DNA from: Mobula hypostoma
Taxonomy: Eukaryota
Assembly (NCBI RefSeq): GCF_963921235.1
Contig: NC_086097.1
Span: 79,672,001 to 79,736,000 of the forward strand
DNA length: 64,000 nucleotides
Direction: 5' to 3'
Part shown: positions 41,497 to 53,741 of the stretch, in pieces
Position numbering within the stretch: the first letter of the stretch is position 1
Layout: each line of letters opens with the position of its first letter
Notes under the pieces: model-generated
What the model was told of the DNA's origin: nothing
Databases searched by the model: none
What the model saw: only the letters and a program-made list of their open reading frames with translations
Program-made: the position numbers and the translations under genes

Positions 41497-44400
41497 GACT
41501 TCCGGTGATGGCATGATTCAGTATTGACCTGCCTCGCATTTCCTCCCATGAAACTCGAGGAATAATAGCTGTTAAGTTACTGCTGACCATCTATGAAAGA
41601 TATTTTTGCTAAGTAAAGAGTAGAGGAACACGAGTATGGCGTCTTGGACTTCAAAACACACTGGAAAACAAGAAATACAAAGAGAAAGCAAAGACAAAAA
41701 GATACAGCATGCGCCAGAATAGGCTGAAGCTAGCAAAGATGACGAGAAGAAAGATATGGCCATGAAACTACGTGAGTTGAAAGAGCTGAGAAAAGAAAAT
41801 CAGGAGTCATTTCCAGACACCAAGGCATCCCTATCTAAACTGGAGACTTCGGTGACAGACCTGAAGGAACGACTGGAGCTTCTTGAGCAGAAATCTACCG
41901 AGTCTCAGGTCCCAGAATTAGTGCTAACGAGGACGCACGTTTCTGGCATGAGAGAGCACTTAAGTACCTGTTGAAGCAAGAAGCCACTCTTACCGCGGCT
42001 TGCGATGATCTCCAGAACCACTTACGAAGAAATAACCTAAGAATTTATCAGACACCTGAGGGTAGTGAGAAAGGAGGGATGGTGGGGTTTGTCAAACAGT
42101 TAATTAAAATGATGCTTCGGCTGCCAGAGGACTTAAATATACACATTGAGAGAGCCCACTGATCCCTAATGACAGAGCTGGGGCCCTCTGCACCACCACG
42201 CTCCGTCATTGTGCACTTCTTGGATTATACAGTAAAAGAGGCAGTACTGCGTCAAGCATGGGCTCAAAAACAAGTTACGTTTTAAGGCAGAGTCATCTAT
42301 TTTGATCAGGACTACTCTCCTGAGGTCCAGAAAAGAAGAGCAAAAGTCCGTGCCGTGATCAGACAGCTAAAGGAGAAAGGTGTGCAAGCAAGTTGTCGCT
42401 TCCCAGCGCAGCTGAGAATAAACTTGGATGTTGGAGTGAAGATCTTTCCTTCCTTGATTGAAGTTTTACCTACACTGAACAACCTGGGCATCTCCGTGCC
42501 AGTGAGTGGGAGGGAGAAGCTGGAGCAGCGACTCATCAGCGAGGTATGGCAGGTGCAGCGGAGGGGGGGGAAGAGGAGGGAGCGCTGCGCTGTTGGAGGC
42601 AGACATGAGAGCTTTCCTGACATAAGAGGAGGACGATTATATTTTTTCTTTCAAAGAAGGAGGTATTAAGAATGGTGTCTTCTTTGGACTGATTAAAAAT
42701 TCCTGGTTGTGAGTAACATTTAACTGTCTTCGCCAACATGTACAGCTAGCTAGCAGCGTAACTGACATATTTTGATATACAATGCAGTTTTGTGGGGTGG
42801 GCCGAGACAGAAAAGGAAAAGGAATCACCAAGGGAGGGTAACAACTCAACCAGGGGGATATGTTTTCTCCGTGGTTTGTAGCTGTGATAGCACTGTGTGC
42901 GTGTTCCCCAGAGAGAAGCAGGTGTCATTACTCTCTGCCTAATTATTATCAGGGGTTGGTCTTGATAAGAGAAAAAGCAGTTATAATAATTTGTTTTATC
43001 AGGAATTTCAAAAGACCAACTGGGTTTCTGGAAGTCTTGTTTGGTTTTGTTGTGTTTTGAGAGTTATATTCTTTTGTAGATAGTTCTCTAGTCATTGGCA
43101 GGTCATCACAAGTTTTTCAGTTATTATACTATAAAAATGCCAGGTTTGGTTGAAGGTGGGAGGGGGGTGGTGATGTAGTAAGTGATATATTGTATCTTTC
43201 TTTCTTTTTAAATCTTTTTATTGAATAAGTATACAAAAAGGTAAGCCATATAGGCACTAATACACTGTTAGAATATAATAAAATTACAGGAGATATTAAT
43301 ACAGAAAAAAAAGTGATACAAACAATGTAATTTAAACATAACATACTAAGGTAACATAATAGTATACTTATTTTTATATACATATATATCAATAGAGAAA
43401 AGGAAAAAAAAAACCCCAAAAAACCCACTGTGCAACTAACTAAAAGCAAAGCAAAGCAATGGGCTAACTTGGAACCAAGTAGAGTTAAAGAACTTAAAAT
43501 CATGTCCTCAAACCCGACCTCCATTAAAAACAGTAATAAAAAAACAAGAAGGGTATATAAATATGGAGCAAAAAAGAGAATTAAAAAAATTACATTAAAT
43601 GAAAATATTGAATAAAAGATCTCCAGGTCTGTTCAAATTTAAGTGAGGAATCATAAAGATTGCTTCTAATTTTCTCCAAATTCAAGCATAATATCGTCTG
43701 AGAAAACCAAAAAAAGGTGGTTGGAGGATTAAGCTCTTTCCAATGTTGTAAGATACAGCTTTTCGCCATTAAAGTAAGAAATGCAATCATTCTACAGGCT
43801 GAAGGAGAAAGATTACTGGAAATTTTAGGTAGTCCAAAGATGAGGAGAGATAATCTATATTCAATACCTTTGAGATAATATTAAAAATGTCTCTCCAAAA
43901 AGTTTCCAGAGTAGGACAAGACCAAAACATATGAGTTAAAGAGGCTATCTGCCCTGGACATCTATCACAAAAAGGATTAATATGAGAATAAAAGCGAGCT
44001 AATTTATCTTTGGACATATGTGCTCTATGAACAACTTTAAATTGAATTAGGGAATGTTTAGCACAGATAGAGGAAGTATTGACTAATTGTAAAATCTGCC
44101 CCCAATCATCCACGGAAATGATAGACCCCAATTCCTGTTCCCAATCTACCCTAATCTTATCAAATGGAGTTTTCCTAAGTTTCATAATAATATTATAAAT
44201 CATAGCCGATGCACCTTTCTGACATGGATTAAGGTTAATTATAGTATCTAAAATGTATGTAGGAGGAAGCATTGGAAAAGAAGAAAGTATAGTACTTAGG
44301 AAATTTCTAACTTGTAGATATCTAAAAAAATGTATTCTTGATAAATTATATTTATTAGATAATTGTTCAAAAGACATAAGGGAACCATCTAAAAATAAAT

Positions 44401-47400
44401 CCAAAAACCGTGAAATACCCTTAGTCTTCCAAATTTGAAAAGCACGATCCGTAAAAGAGGGAGGAAAAAATGTTACCTAAAATAGGAATCGCTAGCCCAA
44501 ATTGGTTAAGATCAAAAAATTTTCTGAATTGAAACCAAATACGTAAGGTATATTTTAACTATCGGGTTAGAAACCTGTTTGAGGCGTTTCAAATCAAAAG
44601 GAAGAGAGGAACCTAAAATAGAGCCAAGTGTATAGCCCTGAACAGATTGTAATTCCAATGCTACCCATTTAGGAATGGATAGTATATCCTGGTCAAGTAA
44701 CCAAAATTTCATATGTCGAATATTAATTGCCCAATAATAGAATCTAAAGTTAGGTAATGCTAAACCTCCATCTCTTTTAGCTTTCTGTAAATGTATTTTA
44801 CCCAGTCTCGGGTTTTTATTTTGCCAAATAAATGAAGAAATTTTTGAGTCAACTTTATCAAAAAAAGATTTTGGAACAAAAATCGGTAATGCCTGAAATA
44901 TATATAGAAATTTTGGCAGAAAAAAACATCTTAACTGCATTAATACGACCAATCAAAGTTAAATAGAAAGGAAACCATTTAGATGAAAGTTGAATAATAT
45001 GGTCAATTAAGGGTAAAAAGTTAATCTTAAATAAATCTTTGTATTTACAAGTAATTGTAATCCCAAGATATGAAAAATAATTATTAATCAATTTAAACGG
45101 AAAGTTATGATATAAGGGAAGTTGTTTATTAATCGGGAAAAGCTCACTCTTACTAAGATTTAATTTATAACCTGAAAAGAGACTAAATTGTGCTAATAAC
45201 TCTAAAACAGCAGGGATGGATTTTTGAGGATTAGAAATATATAAAAGTAAGTCATCAGCATAGAGTGATATTTTATGGGACTTTAAGCCCCGAGTTACCC
45301 CAGTAATATTTGGAGATTCTCGAATGGCAATTGCAAGAGGTTCTAATGCAATATCAAATAATAAAGGACTAAGAGGACAACCTTGTCGAGTACCTCGAAA
45401 AAGACGAAAAAAAGGTGAGCTTAGAGAGTTAGTACAGACCGAGGCCACAGGAGAATGATATAACAGTTTAATCCAGGATATAAATTTCGAGCTAAAATTA
45501 AACATTTCAAGCACCTTAAATAAGTAAGGCCACTCTACTCTATCAAAAGGTTTCTCAGCATCTAAAGAGATAACACACTCAGGAACATTTTGTGAGGGGG
45601 TATAAACAATATTTAACAGTGTGCGAATGTTATAAAAAGAGTAACGACCTTTAATAAAACCCGTTTGGTCTTCTGAAATAATAAAAGGAAGTACTTTTTC
45701 TAATCTGTTTGCTAATAACTTAGAAAAAATTTTAGAGTCAACATTTAGTAAAGACATTGGTCTATAAGATGCACATTGAGCAGGACCTTTATCCTTCTTT
45801 AATATTTGAGAGATTGACGCTCTATTGAAAGATTCGGGAAGTTTACCAAGTTTTAATGAAGCCTCAAAAACCCTACAGAGCCAAGGGATTAATGAAGGTG
45901 CAAAACATTTATAAAATTCTACGGTAAACCCATCAGGGCCAGGAGCTTTCCCCAAGTTCATAGAGGAAATAACATTCTTAATCTCATCAGTGGTAATGGG
46001 AGTATCTAGCATAGAAGACATATCCTGTGAAATCTCAGGGAAATCTAGGTTATCTAAAAAATCATTCATATATTTAGAGTCTCGAGGAGACTCTGATTGA
46101 TATAAGGAAGAATAAAAATCAAAGGTGGTTTGATTAACCCCCGCATGATCAAGTATCAGTTGGTCATTTTGATTATAAATCTGATTAATTTGAGATTTAG
46201 CATAATTAGACTTCAATTGGTTAGCCAACAGTTTGCCAATTTTGTCACTGTGTACATAAAATTCACTTCTTGTTTTCTTTAATTGGTTTACAATCAAGGA
46301 CGAAAGTAATAAACTGTGTTCCATTTGAAGTTCAGTTCTTTGTTTATATAACTCCTCAGAGGGAGCTGTAACATATTTCTTATCAATTTCCTTAATCTTG
46401 TCCACAATTACCAACTCCTCCTGCTTCAGCTTCTTCCTCAAAGCAGCAGAATACGAAATAATCTGACCACGAATATAAGCTTTAAAAGTATCCCAAAGAA
46501 TGTTCACAGAAATATCCTCTGTATAGTTGATTGTAAAAAAAAAGATCAATCTGTTCATTCATAAAGTTAACAAAGTCCGAGTCCTGAAGCAACAGTGAAT
46601 TAAAATGCCATTGTCTATTATTTTGTGTATTGGCCTGAATTTTAATAGAAAGCTTAAGTGGAGCATGATCCGAAATGGTTATAGAGTCATAATCACATTT
46701 AATCACTGAAGAAATAAGACGAGAGTCAATAAAGAAATAATCAATTCTTGAATAGGAATGATGAACATGTGAAAAAAAAGAAAAATCTTTTTCCTGAGGA
46801 TGCAAAAAACGCCAAATGTCCGTCGACCCAGAATCAGAGAGGAGTGAATTAATCAAAGTTGCAGATTTATTAGGTAAGGTCCGTAGAGGAGCCGAATGGT
46901 CCAAAGCTGGAGATAAACAGGTATTAAGATCTCTGCCCGAGATCAATGAAAACTCATTCAAATTCAGGAACTGATTGAATAATGATTTATAAAATTCCGG
47001 ACAGTCCATATTGGGAGCATAAACATTAACCAAAACTACCTTTTTATTAAATAGTAGACCACTAACCAGTAGAAATCTACCATTCGGATCAGAGATAATA
47101 TCATGTTGTATAAAAGTAACTGAGGAGTCTATAAAAATAGAGACGCCTCGAATCTTAGCGTTAGAGTTCGAATGAAACTGTTTTCACTTCCAGAACTTAA
47201 AAAAACGTAATCTGTCCCCCCTCCGCACATGGGTCTCTTGTAAAAATAAAATTTGTGCTTTAAGTCTCCGGAACACTTTAAAAATTTTTTTCCTTTTAAT
47301 AGGATGGTTAAGACCATTAGTATTCCAGGAGACAAAATTAATAATAGACTCCATAAACCCTAAAGTTAACCCGCAACAAGGAGGATTGACGATAGGCTCA

Positions 47401-50400
47401 ACCCATGAACCCGGAAAGGGAACAGAACAAATAAGGAGAACGCAACCAATACTTCAATAGTATACATAGCCCAAGAAGAAAAAAACTAAAACGTGAAGCC
47501 TCTCCCACCACCCCCCACCCCATGACCTCAAGGCTAAATCTAACACAGACCAGCCAGAAAGAAGCAAGCACTAAAACTATCCCCATGACTTCCAATAGAC
47601 GCTCCCTAAAAAAAAGTGTAAATATAAAAAAGATCAGCTAGTTATAAAACAGTAAAAGAATAAAAAAAGTAAATCAATTAAAACAAACACTTAATATAAC
47701 AGAGAAAAAGCCAGAAAATATTAAAAAAACCGCAACAAACCCCAGAACCTATGAATAAACAAAAAAAGAAATTAAATTATTAACATAAACTAGTTATGAA
47801 AACCTACAAAAAAAAGTAGATTTAAAAACTACAAAATTTAAGGCCTCAAAGGAAATACGTAGAATGACGCTGAGGGAATAACCACCCAGAATCCCCTGGG
47901 AAAAAGAAAGGAATGATGCAGATAGAAAGAAAGTTTAGCAACCATATTAATTAATCAAAAATAAACTTTTCTGCCCATATAAGGCAAAAAAAAATTAAGG
48001 CCGACAAATTCACAACCTCCGATCAAACGTAGATAGTTAAAAATTACGATTAAGACGTTGAAGGTGAAAATTGATCCAGATAACTCTGGGCATCCAATGG
48101 AGATTCAAAAAACGGAGGGCTCCATCCAACGTACGAATCCTTAGACGTGCTGGGTAAAGCAGCGCTGGTTTTAAATCCATCTTGTAGAGTTCCAACATCA
48201 CAGATCTGTAACGAACCCGCTGATCCCGAATTGGTTTGCTGAAATCCTCCACGAATCGGAACTTAAGATCCAAAAAATCAATGTAACCTTTAGATCAAAC
48301 GTAACGAAACAGTTTCTCCTTGTCTTGAAAGTAATGAAAACGTAAGATGACATGTCGAGGTTTATCTGACTTAGACGAGTATGATGGAACTCTGTAAACA
48401 CGATCCAGTAACGGTGGTTGGTCAGGAAATACAGTAGGAAATGCATCTTTTAAAAGTTGAGAAAAATACTTCATAGGGTTATCAGATTCAACAGCTTCAC
48501 GCATCCCGATCATTCGAAGATTCTGCCGTCGCATTCTGGATTCTAAGTCAGAGTTTTTAAAGGTCAGAAAGTCAAGTTTCTTCTTCATTACATTAATTGT
48601 TTCTTTGATTTTCTCCATCTTGAGTTCATTTTGTTGCGTGGATTTTTGAAGATCAGATATAGCCGACTGATGTTCTGTAATAGATGTTTGTATCTTATCG
48701 ATTGAATGGGCAATTTTCTGGAAATTAATTGAAATTTCCGCACGAATCAGCTCCGTAATAGAGGTTGAAATTTCCCTTTGAATTAGATCCAATATAGCTT
48801 TCAAAGTCACCGGTGGTTCAGTCGGACGAAAATCGGTACCTTTCGGTCTAACCTGAGGTTTGCCGTCCTCCCTGTTTTTTCCATTCTTAGACATAGCAGA
48901 CCTTAAAAGCATCCGATTATCAAAGAGCCCAATTTATTTCAAAATATTGTAAAAGTCGATGCCTTAATGGTTGATTAAAATATAGCCGATCATAAGAAGA
49001 AAAACTCAGAGGTAATGGAGCGAGTCAAGAACACAACTTCACTCCATAAGCTTTACCGGAAGTCCCCGTGATATATTGTATCATGGCCACTTTGAACATA
49101 ATTAGTTATAATATTAATGGAATCAATCACCCCAATAAAAGGAAAAAAGTATTGGCTCAGTTGAAAAAACTTAATTGCTCTATAGCTCTAGTACAAGAAA
49201 AACGTTTAGGAGACATGGAACACAAAAGATTAAAAAGAGACTGGGTAGATCAAGTCTATTATTCATATTGTCCTAAAAGTAGAAAGAGAGGAGTTGCAAT
49301 ATTAGTTAACAGATCAGTTTACCTCGTAGTGGAAAAAGAGGTTAAAGACAAGCAGGGTAGATATGTGTTAGCTATGGGCTCGATGGGAGGTGAAGAGTTT
49401 ACTATCATGAGCATCTATGCACCGAATGAAGATAACCCCACCTTTTTTAAAGAAGTAGCTTTATTACTTGCCAGGGAAGCTAGAGGTACTGTTATAGTTG
49501 GAGGAGACTTTAACTGTATTCTTAATAGGAGTTTGGATAAATTACCTGGGAATGGGGAACCCCTGCGCAAGAAGTCTAAAGCAGTAAAAATTATGTTGGA
49601 TGAGCTTGGACTAGCTGATAGCTGGAGAACATTGACTCCAGGTGCCAGGGTTTTTAGTCATATATCAAAAGCCCATCGCTCATATTCAAGAATTGACCTT
49701 ATTTGCATCCCAAAGAAGAATCTACATCAGGTGAAGGAATGTGTTCTTGAACCCATTACATTGTCAGATCATGCTCCTGTTAGACTTGTACTGAAAGTAG
49801 GCTCTGAGTGGCATTTCAAATATTGGAGGCTCAATGTTTCCACGTTGATGGACCCCTCTTCCTTTAATCAACTAAAACAATGCACTGACGAATATTTTGT
49901 GTCAAATGACAATGGGGAGGTTTCCCCCTTGATACTGTGGGAAGGTGCAAAAGCTGTGATTAGGGGAAAATGTATTGATTTGGCTGTTCAAATGAAAAAA
50001 AAATCCCGAAACGAAAATATAATCAGTTACAAAGTGAAATAAAAAGATTAGAACAAAGGCACAAATTAACACTGAGCAAGGATGATTGGAAAAACCTCCA
50101 AAAGTGTAGGGATGCCTTGAATGAGTTGCTCACATATAAAGCAGAAGGAGCACTTAGAGACACAAATCAAAAAGTATTATGAGATGGGGAACCAGGCCAG
50201 CTGTCTGTTAGCATTTCAGTTGAGAAAGGCACAATCTAACAGAGTTGTACCGAAAATTAGACATCCTTTAACTCTCTCCAAGGTTTCGAACCCAAACGAT
50301 GTAGCAGAGGCACTTCGGGCCTTCTATAAAGATCTATATGATTCGTTGGATCCACCACAAAATAAAGGCAAGCTGGACGAAATTTTTAGAGATATCTGTA

Positions 50401-51933
50401 TAAACAAACTTTCTGAAAGTGAGATTGTTTCACTGACACAACCAATCTCAGAACTAGAGATAAAAGAAGTTATTAAAACATTAAAAAAATAATAAATCTC
50501 CAGGTATGGATGGATTTCTGGGTGAATTCTATAAGATATTTACAACAGAACTTACTCCAGCTTTATGTAAAGTTTTTATTTATGCTCTGAATGAACATGA
50601 CCCCCCAGAAAGCTGGTCAGAGGCAATCATATCAGTAATCCACAAGGATGGAAAGGACCCTATAGCATGTAGTTCATATACACCAATCAGCCTGCTTGGT
50701 ACTGATGTGAAGATTCTTTGTTCTCTTTTAGCAAAGAGACTACAGAAATATATAGGAAAATTGATTAATCCAGATCAAAATGGATTTATTCCAGGCCACC
50801 AGGGAGCAAACAATGTTAGAAGAGCTTTCAATATCCAGCCTTTAGCACAGAGATCCATCCACCCTTCAATGCTTCTTAGCCGAGAAGGCATTTGATAGGG
50901 TGAGCTGATATACTTAAGACTATACCTTAGAAAAAATGGGCTTTAATGCAATATTTCGAAGTTAGATGAAGACACTGAATAGAGATCCAATTTCCAGCGT
51001 TAGAGTAAATGGATACTGTTCCAATTTCTTCAGCTCAAAAGGCGAACTACACAGGGGGGTCCCCTATCCCCGATATTATTTGCCTTAAGCATTGAACCAC
51101 TGGCTGAGTTAATAAGACAAAATGAACAAATTGAGGGTATAACAGATAAAGGAGGTATAACCCATAAGACAGCTTTATTTGCAGAGGACATTCTTCTCTT
51201 TATAAAGAACCCTCTTTCATCAGTTCCCCCGCTTATGCAATGTTTGAGAAGCTATGGAGAGGTCTCTGGATACAAAATTAACGAAGCGAAATCTGAAGCT
51301 ATGATGATTACAGGGACGTGGCCAAATTATCTGGATGGTGAAATGATTTTTCGTTGGCCTAAACAGGGCTTTAGATATTTGGGGGTTAGTTTACCTCATA
51401 GTTCCTCCCAACTCTTTGCAGCCAATTATGTTAAACTTATTAACCAAGTGAGGAGAGACCTTGAACATTGGGAGATGCTTCCTTTATCACTGATAGTTGA
51501 AGTGATCAGGATGAATATATTGCCTAGGTTTCTTTTTTTTTTCTAGTGCTCTACCCATAATAGTTCCTATATCTACTTTTAAAATGTCGGATAGACTTAT
51601 CAGTAGGTTTATATGGCAGAAAAAGAAGCCCAGGGTGAGACTAAAAGTGTTATACCCAGATAAAAAACAGGGAGGTTTAGCTTTACCTCATTTAAATATC
51701 TATTATTGGGCTGCCCAATTAAGAGCAATTGTGTCATGGATCAGAGAAGACGTGGATTCAAGATGGGTTCACATAGAACAAAATTCAATTGGTGAGTTAT
51801 CTTTAGCAGCTCTTCCTTTTTAAAATCCAAACGTGTGGAAGAATGTTGAGACTCAGAATGAATGGGTTAACTATACACTGAAAGTATAGGATAGAATTAG
51901 GAAAAAAATTAGATCTTCCAAGGACTATATCAA
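41497..51933 (+). mobile_element. Outer L1-clade LINE, split by a nested L1 and 3'-truncated
   Basis: ORF1 pieces at 41637-42600 (RRNNLRI, IERAH). ORF2 starts at ATG 49083 with APE endonuclease (SYNING, GGDFN, SDH) and RT fragments. Contiguity is restored by removing 43197-49082. Confidence 0.9.
43197..49067 (-). mobile_element. Full-length L1-clade LINE (about 5.9 kb) with a 15-bp TSD
   Basis: TSD GTGATATATTGTATC at 43182-43196 and 49068-49082. ORF1 at about 48895-48037; ORF2 at 47354-43590 with SDH, RQGCPLSP, YADD and a CCHC knuckle. AATAAA and A-rich tail; several frameshifts. Confidence 0.96.
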
Positions 51934-52554
51934 GGGCCCGAAGCAAAAGTTTGGGCACCCTGCATGGCCAGTACTTAGTAACACCCCCTTTGGCAAGTAT
52001 CACAGCTTGTAAACGCTTTTCGTAGCCAGCTAAGAGTCTTTCAATTCTTGTTTGGGGGATTTTCACCCATTCTTCCTTGCAAAAGGCTTCTAGTTCTGTG
52101 AGATTCTTGGGCCATCTTGCATGCACTGCTCTTTTGAGGTCTATCCACAGATTCTCGATGATACTTAGGTTAGGGGACAGCGAGGGCCATGGCAAAACCT
52201 TCAGCTTGTGCCTCTTGAGGTAGTCCATCATGGATTTTTTCAAACGGTGTGATGTTTGCTTCCAGAATTTGCTGGTATTTAATTGAATTCATTCTTCCCT
52301 CTAACAGTAAATGTTCCTCGTGCCACTGGCTGCAACCAACACAAGCCCAAAGCATGACTGATCCACCCCCGTACTTAACAGTTGGAGAGGTGTTCTTTTC
52401 ATGAAATTCTGCACCTTTTTTCTCCAAACATACCTTTGCTCATTGCGGCCAAAATTCAGTATCAGAAGTTTGCAAAGGAACATCTAAACAAGCCTGATGC
52501 ATTTTGAAACAAGTCCTGTGGACTGATAAAGTTAAAATGGAACTTTTTGGCCGC
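51934..52554 (-). mobile_element. Rearranged internal fragment of the same Tc1 family
   Basis: WPSLSPNLSIIENLW and VKYGGGSVMLWAC motifs. The last part (about 52463-52554) is inverted. Confidence 0.9.
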
Positions 52555-53741
52555 TCTGTCCCGACGTTTGTTCACAACATCCCTAGTCTTGAGCAGCTTG
52601 GTCCAATCCTTGATGTTATCCAGCCACGTTGTTCTTTTCCTTCCTCTTCCTTTCCATATAGCAAGTCTGACAAGATGTTATCTCTCCGCGTAACGTGTCC
52701 ACAATAAGCAACTTTTAACTTCATTATCTTCTCCAGCAGTATCCATGGTCTATCAACTTCGGACAAAACCCTCTCATTTGAAACTTTCTCTACCCAGATG
52801 ATCTTCAACATTCGTCGAGAGCACCACATTTCAAAAGCATTAATTCGTTTCATGTCATCCTTCTTCAGGGTCCATGTTTCTGATCCATACCTCAGCACTG
52901 ACCACACGCAACACTCGAGGAAGCAGATCCTACTTTGGATGTCTACCTTCCTTTTGCATAGTAGATCTTTTAGCTTCATTAACTGGGTCTTAGCCATACC
53001 TATTCTCCTTCTGATCGCAACTTCACATCTTCCGTTATCTGTCAGACAACTGCCAAGATAATCAAACGTTCGCACCTGTTCAATGTCTTGTCCATTCACT
53101 TGTAATGATACCATCATGAATGAGTCTGTAGTGCTTGTTTTGCTTACCACCATCGATTTTGTTTTCTTAGGGTTGATTTTTAGTCCATATTCAAGGCTTT
53201 TCTCATTCACTTTATTCAGCATAATTTGCAGTTCGCATTCGCTGTGAGCTAACAACGCGGTGTCATCCGCATACCTGATGTTATCCACCTTCCGGCCTCC
53301 AATTGGAATACCTGTCTCCTGATGGTCGCATTCCCGAAAAATCCATTCTCCGTGGAGGTTGAACAAATCCAGCGAGCCGACACAGCCTTGCCCGACGCCG
53401 CGTTTAATACATGCCCATGGTGATAGCTCATTTTCTACCCTGACTGCCGCTTTCTGTTTCCAATACAAGTTCCTTATTATTTGCACATTCTCCTGTCCCA
53501 GATCATACTTGTTCAGCACCTCTATTACTTTCTCGTGTCTTACTTTATCAAAAGCCTTTTCATAGTCAATAAAGCATAAGTAGATGGGCTTTTGTGCCTC
53601 AATGCATCTCTCCATGATGTTTCACAACGCAAATATTCCTTCCTTTGTTCCTGAACCTCTTCGAAAACCAAACTGTGTTTCTCCAGTTTCATCACTGATT
53701 GTACCTTTCATTCTGCTGAACACTATTTTCAACAATAATTT
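52555..53741 (-). mobile_element. RTE-clade LINE reverse transcriptase fragment
   Basis: ORF 52572..53615 has CFIDYEKAFDKV, G.GQGC, IRYADD, YLGS and YGSETW motifs. Confidence 0.85.
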
